64,000 nucleotides of DNA, taken from a virus. Both the position numbers and the translations under genes were made by a program. Positions 53,850 to 64,000 of the stretch are shown piece after piece; position 1 is the first letter of the stretch, and the number at the start of each line of letters is the position of its first letter. The notes below the pieces were generated by a model. That model was not told the origin of the DNA. It ran no database searches and worked only from the letters and a program-made list of their open reading frames with translations. The stretch spans positions 2,479 through 66,478 of the IMG/VR virus record IMGVR_UViG_3300042450_000503. One strand, given 5' to 3'.

Positions 53850-56800
53850 TTAATACTTAGCCATTTCTCTTTTTTTCCTTCTGCTTTCTCTTCTTTTAGC
53901 TCTAGCCTCTTCTTTTATTTTAACCTGTTCGTCGTAAGGCAATTTACTAATACTGTCTTTTAAAGCTTTTCTATTTTCTTCTCTACTTATTATGCCTTTT
54001 TCAATACCTTCTTTTTTTCTTATAGCTTTTGCTTTAGATCTTATTTCTTCATCACCTTTTGGATCTTCTATACCTACTGAGTAAGGTGTAAATCCAACTC
54101 CTACCGCAACTCTTTGCCAAGCTTTATTTTGTGAGTTCATGGCTTGAGATACGTTCTCAATTTTATTTACTAAACGATCCATTGGAAAGTTTGTACCAGC
54201 TTCTACAAGTTTTCCGGTTACGCCATACATAGGGCCTAAGTGAACTCGTCCATCTTGCATTACACCCCATCCTCTTTCGGTTATAAGATCTTTTTCAAAT
54301 TTAGTTTGTTGAAGTCCAGTATATACTTTTCTAAGCTTAGATCCAATTGGAGGCGATATATTAGCCCCTTCCAACATAACTTTTGCGTAGTCAGCTTTAA
54401 AGTTTTTATCTTTCTCGTCAAGGTATTTATTAGTCATGTTTTTTAATACAGAAACAATCCCACCTAAAAACCCGGTTCCTCTTAATATTGTATCTAAAAC
54501 ACCATCAGCAACACCTATTAATCTTTCATTAGTTGTTTTCTTTTTTGCTTTACCTTTTTCTGGATCTAATTCTTTATCATCATCATCAAAAGCAACCGCA
54601 AATAATCCCTGTTGTAAAGCAGCAAATAATGTATTTTGTATTGCTAAATAGTATATTATTTTTGCAACATGAGTTTTCGCGTCTCCCCTTCCGTTTTTAA
54701 GATCTAAAAAAGATTTTTTAACAGTACGAGATTGTTGCATTGCGGTATTCTGGAATGTTAATAGTAATCTACCAGCTCCACTTGCTTGTTGCTTTGATAT
54801 ATCTCTTGGATCTCCTGATTGTTGTGTTTCATCAGATACTTTTGTAAAATCACTCCATGCTGCAGTTTCCGCCTCTGCTTCTGTTAAACCTTCTTTTAAA
54901 TAAGATTTAATTCTATTTCTATAAAACGGGGCACCACCAGAAGCAATAGCAAAACTATCCGCTAATTGTGTTGGGGTATAACCAATCTTTAATAAGTAGG
55001 CTATAACGGCAGCAGGTTTATTTTTACTTGTTGCAGCAGCATTAGCTATTTCAGCAGAGGCAACATCTTCTTTTAATCCACCACGTCTTTCTTTCATTTT
55101 ATCTGAATTCCAAATACGTGAAAAATCTGTCCAATATTGTTTTTGATTTGCAAACGCAATACCTGCGGCAACAGGATTATTATCTCTTAGGTTTAAAAAG
55201 TTAACGGCTCCAATTAATTGTAATGTAGCAGATCGAGTATTTAAGAACATAATAGCTCCAGTAGAACCATTTACCCAATTACTCCAAGCACTTGTTTCTT
55301 TGTCTTGACCAAAGCCTCGGTTTTTACCGTTGATCATTCTATACAATACATCTTCAATTGCTTCTCGAACATCGGTTCCATATATTGCTTCTACTTTATT
55401 TATATTAGCGCCAACAAGTTTACCGTTTTCAAACTTACCAAACATTTCTTCTGAGTTTTCAATAAATTCAGCAAGGAATTTTTTTCTACCAGCTCCTTCT
55501 GTAATATTGTGCAAATCTGCTATAATAGTATCAGCATCCCAATGTTGAGTAGGTGTAATCCATCCAGGCCCTTGTCTACCCATTATAATTAATCCATTTT
55601 TAAATGAATCTAATTCAGGGTCATTTGCAACAAGAGCAGTAAGTTTGTTTGCATCTCGTTTAGATATACCTGGGATCTCAATACCAGCTTCTGTCCACAT
55701 TGCAACACGAATAGCTTGATCATATGTAAAGTCTCCATCCGGGGTTAATTTTTCAATTTTCTTTCTAATATTAGGGAATGAACTTATCAATGCTTTATAA
55801 TCTCTTTTAATAGATTGTCTAGCTGCATCCATCAAATCATTTCCATTAGCGTATGGTTTTAATAACGCATCGGTAAAAAACTTCTTATGCCCCTCACCTA
55901 TTGTGCCTTTACCAATAAAATTATATAATAACAATTCAAAATCTGCTGCGGAAGCAGGTACATATAAATCAAATAGATTTTTACCAGCTCCTCTTCTTTT
56001 TGCAACAATGTCTGAAAATATTTTATATCGCTCTGTTCCTTTATTCTCTTCTATAATTCTATTGAATGTAGGTGATATAACTTTACTAAACTTTTCTCTA
56101 GCTTGTTGTATTTTTGATTTTACGTCTAATACGTTTAAAGCATTTTGTACCGCTTCAACATTTGGCAAATGATCATCTGCAAAATAGAAATCGTTATATC
56201 CTTCAACCGCTTTTGCAGTCATCCAATCAGCTTTTGCTTGAGCTGTGCTGTTACCCAATCCAGTTATATTTTCTAATGGTATGTCTATGCCTATAGAAGA
56301 TAAAAATTGATGTATAGGTTCCGCAGAATTTGCGGGTCTTGCCGTAAGTATAAAGAAATTTTCTGGCCCAAACTTAGCAATCATCTTTTTCATTTTTTCA
56401 ACCATTGGACCTGGTTTGCCGTCAACTACTTTGCTAAATTCAGAAAAATCAAACATAGCACCGTCTTCTAAAAGAGTTGATCCTTGTTTTGCAAATTCAG
56501 CACCATTTAGTTTCCCAGTGGTGCCATCGGGCATTGTGTATAATACATTGCTTTTTGTTAAACCAACAGTATCATCAAAGTCAAAAACGCTAATACCTTT
56601 TGCTACCTTTGAATCTTTGCTTAAAGATCTAACTGTAGCATCAATGTTATTATTATTTTGTTGATTATAAAGTTTGGAAAATCTAACAAATTCTCTACCT
56701 AAATATTGAATTTCTGCATTAGGATCTAAATTAATTAATGAATATAATTTTTTATTTCCTAAAGTTACTATATTATAATATCTAGCTCCTTCTGATAAAT

Positions 56801-59800
56801 CACCTGCTATTCCTATTGTCTTAAATCCTAATGCTCCAATTTCCTTATCCATAGAAACCGGAATTACCGCAACGTTAAAATCTTCCATTACTTTTGCAAA
56901 ATATCCTTTTCTTTCGCTTTCCGATAAATTACTATTAAATACTTCATGTAATTGAGCTCTAGTTTTATCAACGCTTTTCAAATGCTCATAACGCAATTCT
57001 CCAAAATCTTTTGGCCCTGAATTTTCATCAAATATCCATTTTGCAATAGCCGCTTTCCTTAGTGGAGTTTGTTGGTTAGAATTTAAACTTTTCCAAAGCA
57101 TTGCTTTAGTAGCGTCAGGAACTTTATTTTTAGGATCATAATACCAATCTAGTATTTCATATAAAAACTTTTGATTTTCTATAGCGGTTTCTTTCTTGTT
57201 TTTTAAATATTCTGCATTATTTTTATTAGCATATAATTCTTTAGCACTATCCGCAATATATCCTTTTCTATTTGCAGTAAATCCAGGCTCTAAAACAACT
57301 CCAACGTCTTTTAAAGCAAATTTTGCCGCTGCCCAAAATGATCCTTTACTAGAATATATTTGATCCGACGCTCTTTTCTTTTTTTCTATTACTGTTCCAT
57401 CTTTGTCTTTAGCTTTAGCTGGTCTAGGCGTTTGAGGTACTAATTGATTATCTACTATTGTAAAACTATCATCACCAATTTGAGCTTGTGATGCTGAAAA
57501 GGTACCAATTTTTCTCAGCCTAGAACTTAATTCTTTATTATTATATATCTTTCCTAAATGAGCTATAAACTTAGAGTTGATTGCTTGGGCTTGTCTAATA
57601 TCTTCTTGTTGATTAAATAGCTGCGTAACGCTATTTACTGCATTTCCACTTGCGTCTTTTAATTGATTTGTTTTTTGTCTATCTAATTTATTGCTGTTTT
57701 CTTCAAGTGAAGCATTAATAAAGTTTTTTACATATTCAATACTTTGTCCTTTTAACGGAAGCGCTAAATTGGGAGTATAATAACTTGTTATATCTTTTGA
57801 TAAATCTTTTAAATCTTCAATAGATATAGTTCCATTTTTGTATATTTTTTGTACTGCATTAAAAACGTCTTCTTCGTCAGGCGTAATACTATAATTAATA
57901 TTAGCTAATTCCCGGGCTAAATCAGCAGACTTACTTGCAATATATTCTTTTTGAGATTCAGTAAAGCTATTAAATACTTTAGAATATTTACTATTACCTC
58001 TATCTGAATCTTTTTGAAAAGTTGCTGCAAAATTATTCATTACTTCGTAACCTAAACGAGTTTGGTTAGCCGCTAATGCTTCATAAATAGGCCCTTCGTT
58101 TTCAAGATCATTGTTTATAATATCAAAAGCGGATTCTTCAGACATTGCTTTTGCTAAAGATTCTTTTCTACCACGTATAGGATTACCGTCAGGACCAATA
58201 ACTTGGCCTAAATAATCTGCATCGGAAACATTGTTAAATACATTTGGTATTCTTCTAACTAATTCAGACCCAGAAGTTCTTCCGGCTTGATCGGTTGTTG
58301 TTTTTTCTCTATCAATTTTTTGTCCAACCCAATCAGGAAAGCTAACCCATCTTCCGTCAATTTGTTTTTGAATTGCTTGTGGTATACCTCCTTGTCCATT
58401 AGCTCCCATTAACCAAGTAGTAGTCATATTCTCTAAAACATAACGCTTGTGCTTCATCATGAATTTTTGCAATTCACCATCTTTCTTTCCACCCATTATA
58501 GTTTTAAGATCAATGTCAATTTGTTTACCAACCTCGTCTCTAATTTCTGAAATTAATGGTGTTACGGTTCTATTTAATGTTATTGGAGCATCTATTCTTG
58601 ACTTAACAGTTCTAAGTATAGTTATAAGCTTGTTACTGATTGTTTTTAAGGTCTCTGCTTCAAAAAGTTTTGATTCTAGTGCATTCTTATATTTTGGTTT
58701 TTCTTTTACCTCTGAGACAGTTTCTTCGGCTATTAAACTTTTTTCTTCTTCTACGTCTTTTTTAATACCACCTTTAGTTGCTCCTTCAATACCTAGTTCA
58801 TATGCTAAAGCATTTGCTCTAAGATTTAAACGAGAACTAATAAACTTATCTAAAGACTGTTTAGATGGGTCAAACTCATTATTAATTAATAATGATGCAC
58901 TTTGTAACAATGCATTTTTATACTCATCTCTACTAACTCCTCTTTTAGCATCCGCCGCAATAGGGTCATATAGTCTTCTTGTTATAGTTTCTACCGCTCC
59001 GCCAAGTTCTTTACCTATTACAGATTTTGCAAAATCATTTGTAGCGTTTCCTGATGGAGTATATCTTAATCCTTCAGAGGCCATTTTTTTAGGATCGCTA
59101 TTGTATTTAGTATCTAATAAGTTTTGTAAATTAGCTTTACTTTTAATAACAGTTTCTTTAGTTTCTGTTTTTTGAGTTTTTGGCTTTTCAGTTTTTGCAG
59201 CAGTTTCAACTTTAGGAGCAGCTTCCGCTTTCTTTAAGTCTTCTTTATAAGTTTTTAGTCGATTAGTATAATCGTCGTAGTCAATATCGTTATTATCAAA
59301 CTGATCTTCTAGTTTGTCAATTTTTTGTTTGATTTCTTCTACCGTTACTTTAGATTCTTTTTGATTGCCGGCTATTGTTTTTCCTTGATCACCTAAAGCA
59401 ATTGCTCTTTCAGATAATTTACCTCTTCTTAAGTTTTTATTGTAATCCTTAATAAAATCATAAACATCTTTACCGTCTTTAAATTCTAAATTTGTAAATC
59501 CTTTTTTCTTTAAAAACGGCAATAGCATATCTCCAATTTTAGCAAACATGTCGCCAAGTTTATCGGACCAAGTTAATTCTTTACTTGCAACAATCTCAAA
59601 GAATTGTGTTAAGTATTCGTCGGGATTTTCTTGTAAATATTGATCAGTATATAATCGCTCTCCTTTATCTTCTTTAAGAACTCTATCCATTACAGCATTA
59701 TAATCTTCATCGCTTAATACACTTAAAAATTTATCTTTAAGTTCTGTAGCTTTTACCAAATCATTTGCCGACAATGTACTAAACGACGATACAAGTATTT

Positions 59801-62561
59801 TATGTAATAGTTCATGTCCCGCTACATTTGTTTGTCTAGTTCGCTTAGCTAATTCCTTATTAATAATTATTTGCCCATTAGGTAAATTGGTACCAACAGT
59901 ATTTGACAGTTGGCTTTTTGGCAATCCCATTTTTTCATTAAAATCATCTAATGCTTTTTGTCCTTCCGCTTGAGTTTCAAAAGCAACTAAAGCATCTATT
60001 GTTCCGTCCGGATTAGTTATTGGGTTTTCAAATTCTGTTTTACCAACTATGCTAGCTAATCCTTTTGCAACTCCTACGTTTTTATTTAATTTTTCAAGTT
60101 CTGTTTCAAAACTTTTATTATATATTTCAGTTATTTCATTGTTAGCAATTTCAATCTTCTCGTCAATAGCCCCATGAAAAGGCTTTGCAATTGTTTTTTT
60201 GCTAGTTTCTAAATCTTCTACTTCCTGTAATTTTCTAATTAAGTTTAAACTAGTGGCAGCATCAGTATCTTTAGGTATTTTACTTAATTGTTGCACTGTA
60301 GAAAACGCTTCTTTCTTTAACTTCTCTGCTTCATCTAATGTAGCAGATCCATTTTTTACTAAAGCATCTAGGTTTTCTGTTAATAAAGTAGGGTTTTGTC
60401 CTAACGTATATAAATTAATAAGTTGTTGATTAGGATCTGAAGAAAAGCTTGGGATTTTTGCATTGGCAATAAGGCCCCCTGATAAAAATGACAAACCGGT
60501 TGTATTAATAAAGTCTTGGTATGTATAATTATCTTTTAATATTTTTTGCCCAGCAAGCTCGTTTATATTAGCGTTCACAACTTCTTGTTCGCCTTTTTGT
60601 TGTATATTTTCTTGAATAGATTCTTTACCCCCTTCTTCAACAAATCCAACAACACCTCTAGCCGCGGATTTTACTCCACGATTTAAAGTGTTTATAAACC
60701 CACGAGTACCCGTGTCTCTAAATTCGTTTAAAGCGGTTGTCACTAATCTTCTTTCAGCAGATCCAAATATAAGCTCTTTAGCTTTAGTTTGAGGAGACAA
60801 AGGAGCTGTTAATGCGTATAGCACAGCCATTTGATTCCCAGCGGTTAAAGCCAATGATTCTGCTTGTCTGTCGTCTATACCGGCGTTTTTTGCTGCTTTT
60901 AATGTTTGTTCATATCCATTTGAATATCCAAATGCACTTTGCGCAGCAATGGAGCTAGCTATTTCTTTTGTTATAGGCAAAGGCATTTTAGTTAACGCTT
61001 TACCGCCAACAGCTTCGCTTAAAGCAACCATGTTTTTATATTCCGCTACAGAAGAAAATCCAGCTCTAGTAGCTAACGCTCTAGTACCAATTGCTCCTCC
61101 TAATCCCATGGTGGCCTCTGCTAATACTATTTGCGGCACCATTGCGCCTAATACTTGAGCAGTGTTCTTTGCGGCTCCTCTAGGGCTTACAGACCAGTCT
61201 TCTTTACCTTTACTAGCAATTTCTAATTTAATTTCTTTATATTCTTTATCCTCAATTATGCCATTTAAGTTGAATCCATGCGTAATGTCGTATAAATTAC
61301 CTTCTCTATCTTCTAAATACTTTACACCTTTTACATTTACACTTTTTCCTTCAATATACCCATAATCTTTTGTGTCTGGGGTTTTGTATGCATCATATAT
61401 AGCTTGATCTCTGCTTAAGTCAGCTTCTTTATCAAGGCCTACTAAATCTTGTACGGTGGATATTAATTCTTTACTAGTATTCCACATACTACCAACTAGG
61501 TTTTTTGCAAAACCAAATGTTTCTTCTACCGCAGCTAAAGGAGTGCTTCTAGTTTTTAAATGTTCTCTAGCTTTTTTTCCTTCTACTATAGCAGTATCGG
61601 ATATTTTTTTTAATGTAGGAAACATTGTTCCATTATATTCTGACAATGCAAGCTCATCTACCGTAGAAACCGGAGCGCTTGATTTTTTAACATATTCCCA
61701 GTCTTTTTCAGGAGTTGCCTCTTTTTGTTTTAATTGCTTATATAAAGTGGCCCTTTTAGATTTATCTAATATATATAAATTTAGATAATTATTTAAAATT
61801 CTTTCTTTTTTAAATTTAACTTCTTCTTCAGACTGAGTATTTCTGCCCATCCAATCGGGAGCATAGTCTTCTAACTTGTCTAACCAATTCCTTTCAAAAG
61901 CACCACTTTGATCTTTTTCTATAAAATCGTCTTTATATTTTTTTTTATTAATAAAGCCGTCAAAATCATTAGGATCAATACCTAATTGTTTTAATTTTTT
62001 TGAATTATAATTTTTTTCAACAAAATCATCGCCTATTTTAGAATTAGAATAATATAAATATGGATTTTTTAAGTCCAAATCATTTAGCTCTATTTCGCTT
62101 TTAATACCCTCTTTTGTTTTTAATTTATTATCTATAAGACTTTTAGGTAACCCCATTTCAGAGGTTTTAGGCTTTTTATAAGTTGTTACAGATAAAAAAT
62201 CTCCATAGCCAAAGTTTGGCTCATACTCGCCGGTTTCTCTTTCTTCTTTTGTATGTAGCCTAGTTCTTTTTTCAACCGGGTTAATGTATTTATTTAAAAA
62301 GGGTTCAAACGCTTTTGCTTCTCCCCAAACATTATTTTGAGATACCGATGAAGGTTTTACCGATTTGGATACCGTATTTTTTCCCGTTACAACCGCATCC
62401 TTTTTTGCAACGGATTGTTTCTTTCCCGGCTTTACGATGCCTCTGTTTACGGGTTTTAATCCGTTATTTTTTATAAAATCACTTGCATTTTCTTTTCCTC
62501 CAGCGGCTTCATTTACTTCGTCCTCTGTATATATTATCCCATTTAATTCGTATTCAAACAT
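53850..62561 (-). CDS. Giant polyvalent virion (ejection-type) protein with zincin motif and HAD phosphatase domain
   Basis: 2903 aa; GHELLH; VFDFDDT...ILTARP...FYFADD; Ala/Gly-rich hydrophobic segments. Confidence 0.75.
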   Translation of the reverse strand: MFEYELNGIIYTEDEVNEAAGGKENASDFIKNNGLKPVNRGIVKPGKKQSVAKKDAVVTGKNTVSKSVKPSSVSQNNVWGEAKAFEPFLNKYINPVEKRTRLHTKEERETGEYEPNFGYGDFLSVTTYKKPKTSEMGLPKSLIDNKLKTKEGIKSEIELNDLDLKNPYLYYSNSKIGDDFVEKNYNSKKLKQLGIDPNDFDGFINKKKYKDDFIEKDQSGAFERNWLDKLEDYAPDWMGRNTQSEEEVKFKKERILNNYLNLYILDKSKRATLYKQLKQKEATPEKDWEYVKKSSAPVSTVDELALSEYNGTMFPTLKKISDTAIVEGKKAREHLKTRSTPLAAVEETFGFAKNLVGSMWNTSKELISTVQDLVGLDKEADLSRDQAIYDAYKTPDTKDYGYIEGKSVNVKGVKYLEDREGNLYDITHGFNLNGIIEDKEYKEIKLEIASKGKEDWSVSPRGAAKNTAQVLGAMVPQIVLAEATMGLGGAIGTRALATRAGFSSVAEYKNMVALSEAVGGKALTKMPLPITKEIASSIAAQSAFGYSNGYEQTLKAAKNAGIDDRQAESLALTAGNQMAVLYALTAPLSPQTKAKELIFGSAERRLVTTALNEFRDTGTRGFINTLNRGVKSAARGVVGFVEEGGKESIQENIQQKGEQEVVNANINELAGQKILKDNYTYQDFINTTGLSFLSGGLIANAKIPSFSSDPNQQLINLYTLGQNPTLLTENLDALVKNGSATLDEAEKLKKEAFSTVQQLSKIPKDTDAATSLNLIRKLQEVEDLETSKKTIAKPFHGAIDEKIEIANNEITEIYNKSFETELEKLNKNVGVAKGLASIVGKTEFENPITNPDGTIDALVAFETQAEGQKALDDFNEKMGLPKSQLSNTVGTNLPNGQIIINKELAKRTRQTNVAGHELLHKILVSSFSTLSANDLVKATELKDKFLSVLSDEDYNAVMDRVLKEDKGERLYTDQYLQENPDEYLTQFFEIVASKELTWSDKLGDMFAKIGDMLLPFLKKKGFTNLEFKDGKDVYDFIKDYNKNLRRGKLSERAIALGDQGKTIAGNQKESKVTVEEIKQKIDKLEDQFDNNDIDYDDYTNRLKTYKEDLKKAEAAPKVETAAKTEKPKTQKTETKETVIKSKANLQNLLDTKYNSDPKKMASEGLRYTPSGNATNDFAKSVIGKELGGAVETITRRLYDPIAADAKRGVSRDEYKNALLQSASLLINNEFDPSKQSLDKFISSRLNLRANALAYELGIEGATKGGIKKDVEEEKSLIAEETVSEVKEKPKYKNALESKLFEAETLKTISNKLITILRTVKSRIDAPITLNRTVTPLISEIRDEVGKQIDIDLKTIMGGKKDGELQKFMMKHKRYVLENMTTTWLMGANGQGGIPQAIQKQIDGRWVSFPDWVGQKIDREKTTTDQAGRTSGSELVRRIPNVFNNVSDADYLGQVIGPDGNPIRGRKESLAKAMSEESAFDIINNDLENEGPIYEALAANQTRLGYEVMNNFAATFQKDSDRGNSKYSKVFNSFTESQKEYIASKSADLARELANINYSITPDEEDVFNAVQKIYKNGTISIEDLKDLSKDITSYYTPNLALPLKGQSIEYVKNFINASLEENSNKLDRQKTNQLKDASGNAVNSVTQLFNQQEDIRQAQAINSKFIAHLGKIYNNKELSSRLRKIGTFSASQAQIGDDSFTIVDNQLVPQTPRPAKAKDKDGTVIEKKKRASDQIYSSKGSFWAAAKFALKDVGVVLEPGFTANRKGYIADSAKELYANKNNAEYLKNKKETAIENQKFLYEILDWYYDPKNKVPDATKAMLWKSLNSNQQTPLRKAAIAKWIFDENSGPKDFGELRYEHLKSVDKTRAQLHEVFNSNLSESERKGYFAKVMEDFNVAVIPVSMDKEIGALGFKTIGIAGDLSEGARYYNIVTLGNKKLYSLINLDPNAEIQYLGREFVRFSKLYNQQNNNNIDATVRSLSKDSKVAKGISVFDFDDTVGLTKSNVLYTMPDGTTGKLNGAEFAKQGSTLLEDGAMFDFSEFSKVVDGKPGPMVEKMKKMIAKFGPENFFILTARPANSAEPIHQFLSSIGIDIPLENITGLGNSTAQAKADWMTAKAVEGYNDFYFADDHLPNVEAVQNALNVLDVKSKIQQAREKFSKVISPTFNRIIEENKGTERYKIFSDIVAKRRGAGKNLFDLYVPASAADFELLLYNFIGKGTIGEGHKKFFTDALLKPYANGNDLMDAARQSIKRDYKALISSFPNIRKKIEKLTPDGDFTYDQAIRVAMWTEAGIEIPGISKRDANKLTALVANDPELDSFKNGLIIMGRQGPGWITPTQHWDADTIIADLHNITEGAGRKKFLAEFIENSEEMFGKFENGKLVGANINKVEAIYGTDVREAIEDVLYRMINGKNRGFGQDKETSAWSNWVNGSTGAIMFLNTRSATLQLIGAVNFLNLRDNNPVAAGIAFANQKQYWTDFSRIWNSDKMKERRGGLKEDVASAEIANAAATSKNKPAAVIAYLLKIGYTPTQLADSFAIASGGAPFYRNRIKSYLKEGLTEAEAETAAWSDFTKVSDETQQSGDPRDISKQQASGAGRLLLTFQNTAMQQSRTVKKSFLDLKNGRGDAKTHVAKIIYYLAIQNTLFAALQQGLFAVAFDDDDKELDPEKGKAKKKTTNERLIGVADGVLDTILRGTGFLGGIVSVLKNMTNKYLDEKDKNFKADYAKVMLEGANISPPIGSKLRKVYTGLQQTKFEKDLITERGWGVMQDGRVHLGPMYGVTGKLVEAGTNFPMDRLVNKIENVSQAMNSQNKAWQRVAVGVGFTPYSVGIEDPKGDEEIRSKAKAIRKKEGIEKGIISREENRKALKDSISKLPYDEQVKIKEEARAKRRESRRKKREMAKY

Positions 62562-62590
62562 AGTATATATTTATTAGTTGTAATTATTTT

Positions 62591-64000
62591 TTAAAAATAT
62601 TTGGCAGCAGCAGTAGCTTTATCAGGATACGCGGTATCTCTTTCTTGCCCTTCATATAAACCAGTTGAAGTCATTCTTTGAACTTTCCACATTTTCATAG
62701 CTGCATCATAAAATAAATTAACAGATCCATCAGGGGAAGGTTGGGAAGACATATCGCTTGGATTCAAAAGCCATGTATTTACTTTTTTTACGTTTGCATC
62801 TAATTTGGCTTTATTTAATTTTTGCTGAGGTGTTAATTGCTCAACAGCATTTTCTTTTTTAGCCACTATATCTGGATCGCTTTTTTGGTACCATACTGTA
62901 TCAACTCTTTCAATTTTAGCGCGCTTAGCTAATACATCTTCTTTTGTTGCATCCCGAGAATTATAATTAGATAGCTTATCGTCAAGGTCTAATTCAAATA
63001 ATCTATCACTTATAAATTTTTTTTGCTCTTCGGGAGTTTTATATTTAGCAGTAAAATCTTTTAAACTCATTGGCCCTTGTTTTAATCTTAATTTTATAAA
63101 AGATTGATAAACAGTAGGATCTTTTAAATCTGAATTTAATAAAGACTCGGCTCTAGCATCATAGTATGGTCTTGTATTATCCTGAATTAATTTTGTATTC
63201 AAATATTTTGTAGTAACAATGCCCTCGCGGCCCTGGCCCATACCTTTAGCATTGACTACAGAAAATTCTGGAGCTCCTGCATTAACCCAATATTGTTTAA
63301 ACGGTTCTTTTGTTTCCGGATCAATAATATTTCCTTGATCTTTACTCCATTCTTCGCCTTTAGATCCATCAGGCACTTTTGTAAAAAAAGTTCCGTCCCA
63401 GGTTGCTTGTCCCAGTTTTTGATTAAATTTTAAAGACAAATTACCAGAACCATCGTCTATAATATATCCATTCTTAATGCCGTTAGTTATTTCTGTTTCT
63501 AAGTCTTCATCTTTAACTGAATTAGCGTATTGTAATTTTAATTGATCTTTTAATTTTGCTCTAGTCCCTACATTTGTTTGTATATCTAAAGTAGTATCTG
63601 AAGGATCTTCCTCCTTGTATGTTAAATCTTTTTTAACTTTATCTCTATAACTAAAATTATTAGGGTCTGAAGCGTAACAAGTTGTCTGATTAATTAATCT
63701 ATCTAATCCCGTGTTTCCATGCCAAGCTATTGAAGTTTGATCATAAGGACCCATATCAGCGTATTCAGTAACATTAGTTTGCATTTTTGTAAGCCACCCA
63801 ATAGAATTATCTTTATATTGATTAACTTGCTCTCTAAATTTTGCATTTGCATTGATTACATCCGTGTCTTGCACCTCGGTAGCTGCTTTTGCTGCATTTT
63901 CCCCGTCTCTCGTAAGAAGAGTAGCAAGATTAGCTTTTGCTTTTTGCTGCAAAACAATATCAGTCGTAGAAATTTTATTTACAGCATCTCCAATTTCTTT
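62591..64000 (-). CDS. Putative virion/ejection protein (5' end outside window)
   Basis: Frame stays open upstream of the TTG at 63952 to the window end. Confidence 0.65.
   Translation of the reverse strand, partial: KEIGDAVNKISTTDIVLQQKAKANLATLLTRDGENAAKAATEVQDTDVINANAKFREQVNQYKDNSIGWLTKMQTNVTEYADMGPYDQTSIAWHGNTGLDRLINQTTCYASDPNNFSYRDKVKKDLTYKEEDPSDTTLDIQTNVGTRAKLKDQLKLQYANSVKDEDLETEITNGIKNGYIIDDGSGNLSLKFNQKLGQATWDGTFFTKVPDGSKGEEWSKDQGNIIDPETKEPFKQYWVNAGAPEFSVVNAKGMGQGREGIVTTKYLNTKLIQDNTRPYYDARAESLLNSDLKDPTVYQSFIKLRLKQGPMSLKDFTAKYKTPEEQKKFISDRLFELDLDDKLSNYNSRDATKEDVLAKRAKIERVDTVWYQKSDPDIVAKKENAVEQLTPQQKLNKAKLDANVKKVNTWLLNPSDMSSQPSPDGSVNLFYDAAMKMWKVQRMTSTGLYEGQERDTAYPDKATAAAKYF

Noticed and set aside
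56560-56600. FDFDD in the giant protein as the catalytic DxDxD of a crAss-type virion RNA polymerase
   Set aside because: It reads DFDDT (DxDxT) and is followed by HAD motifs LTAR and FADD, so a HAD phosphatase fits better
58447-59175. 242-aa plus-strand ORF and other antisense ORFs within long genes
   Set aside because: Shadow frames of real genes, Ser/Leu/Phe-rich with no motifs
1-64000. Stop-codon reassignment as in some crAss-like phages
   Set aside because: Long genes are intact in the standard code, TAG and TGA end several ORFs at plausible positions, and tRNA-Gln has TTG rather than a suppressor anticodon

Overview
Most of the genome of an AT-rich tailed phage with a crAss-like/podovirus gene order, most plausibly infecting an aquatic Bacteroidota (Flavobacteriaceae-like) host (inference from gene content). 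Three blocks are visible. (1) 1-30.7 kb, minus strand: virion and late genes (tail stabilization and ring proteins, major capsid, scaffold-like protein, portal, terminase subunits, GroEL plus two GroES-like genes, lysis cassette, fibre proteins, small basic proteins, tRNA-Met). (2) 31.2-53.8 kb, plus strand: small early ORFs behind 14 copies of a 42-bp promoter-like motif, tRNA-Gln, tRNA-like elements, a ~740-nt structured non-coding region, then sigma factor, ERF, exonuclease, SSB, primase-helicase, ThyA, MazG, endonuclease I and class II RNR. (3) 53.85-64 kb, minus strand: a 2903-aa polyvalent virion protein and a partial ORF. The most unusual signals are non-coding: a 10-mer (TGCTATACAC) at ~1.1-kb intervals through the early region regardless of reading frame, GNA-triloop hairpins fused to that 10-mer ahead of the first promoters, a large ornate RNA candidate with an embedded tRNA-like domain, and three 48-bp inverted-repeat sites, one overlapping the start of an HTH gene. 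No DNA or RNA polymerase gene is recognisable. All motif counts were made by eye and no database searches were run.
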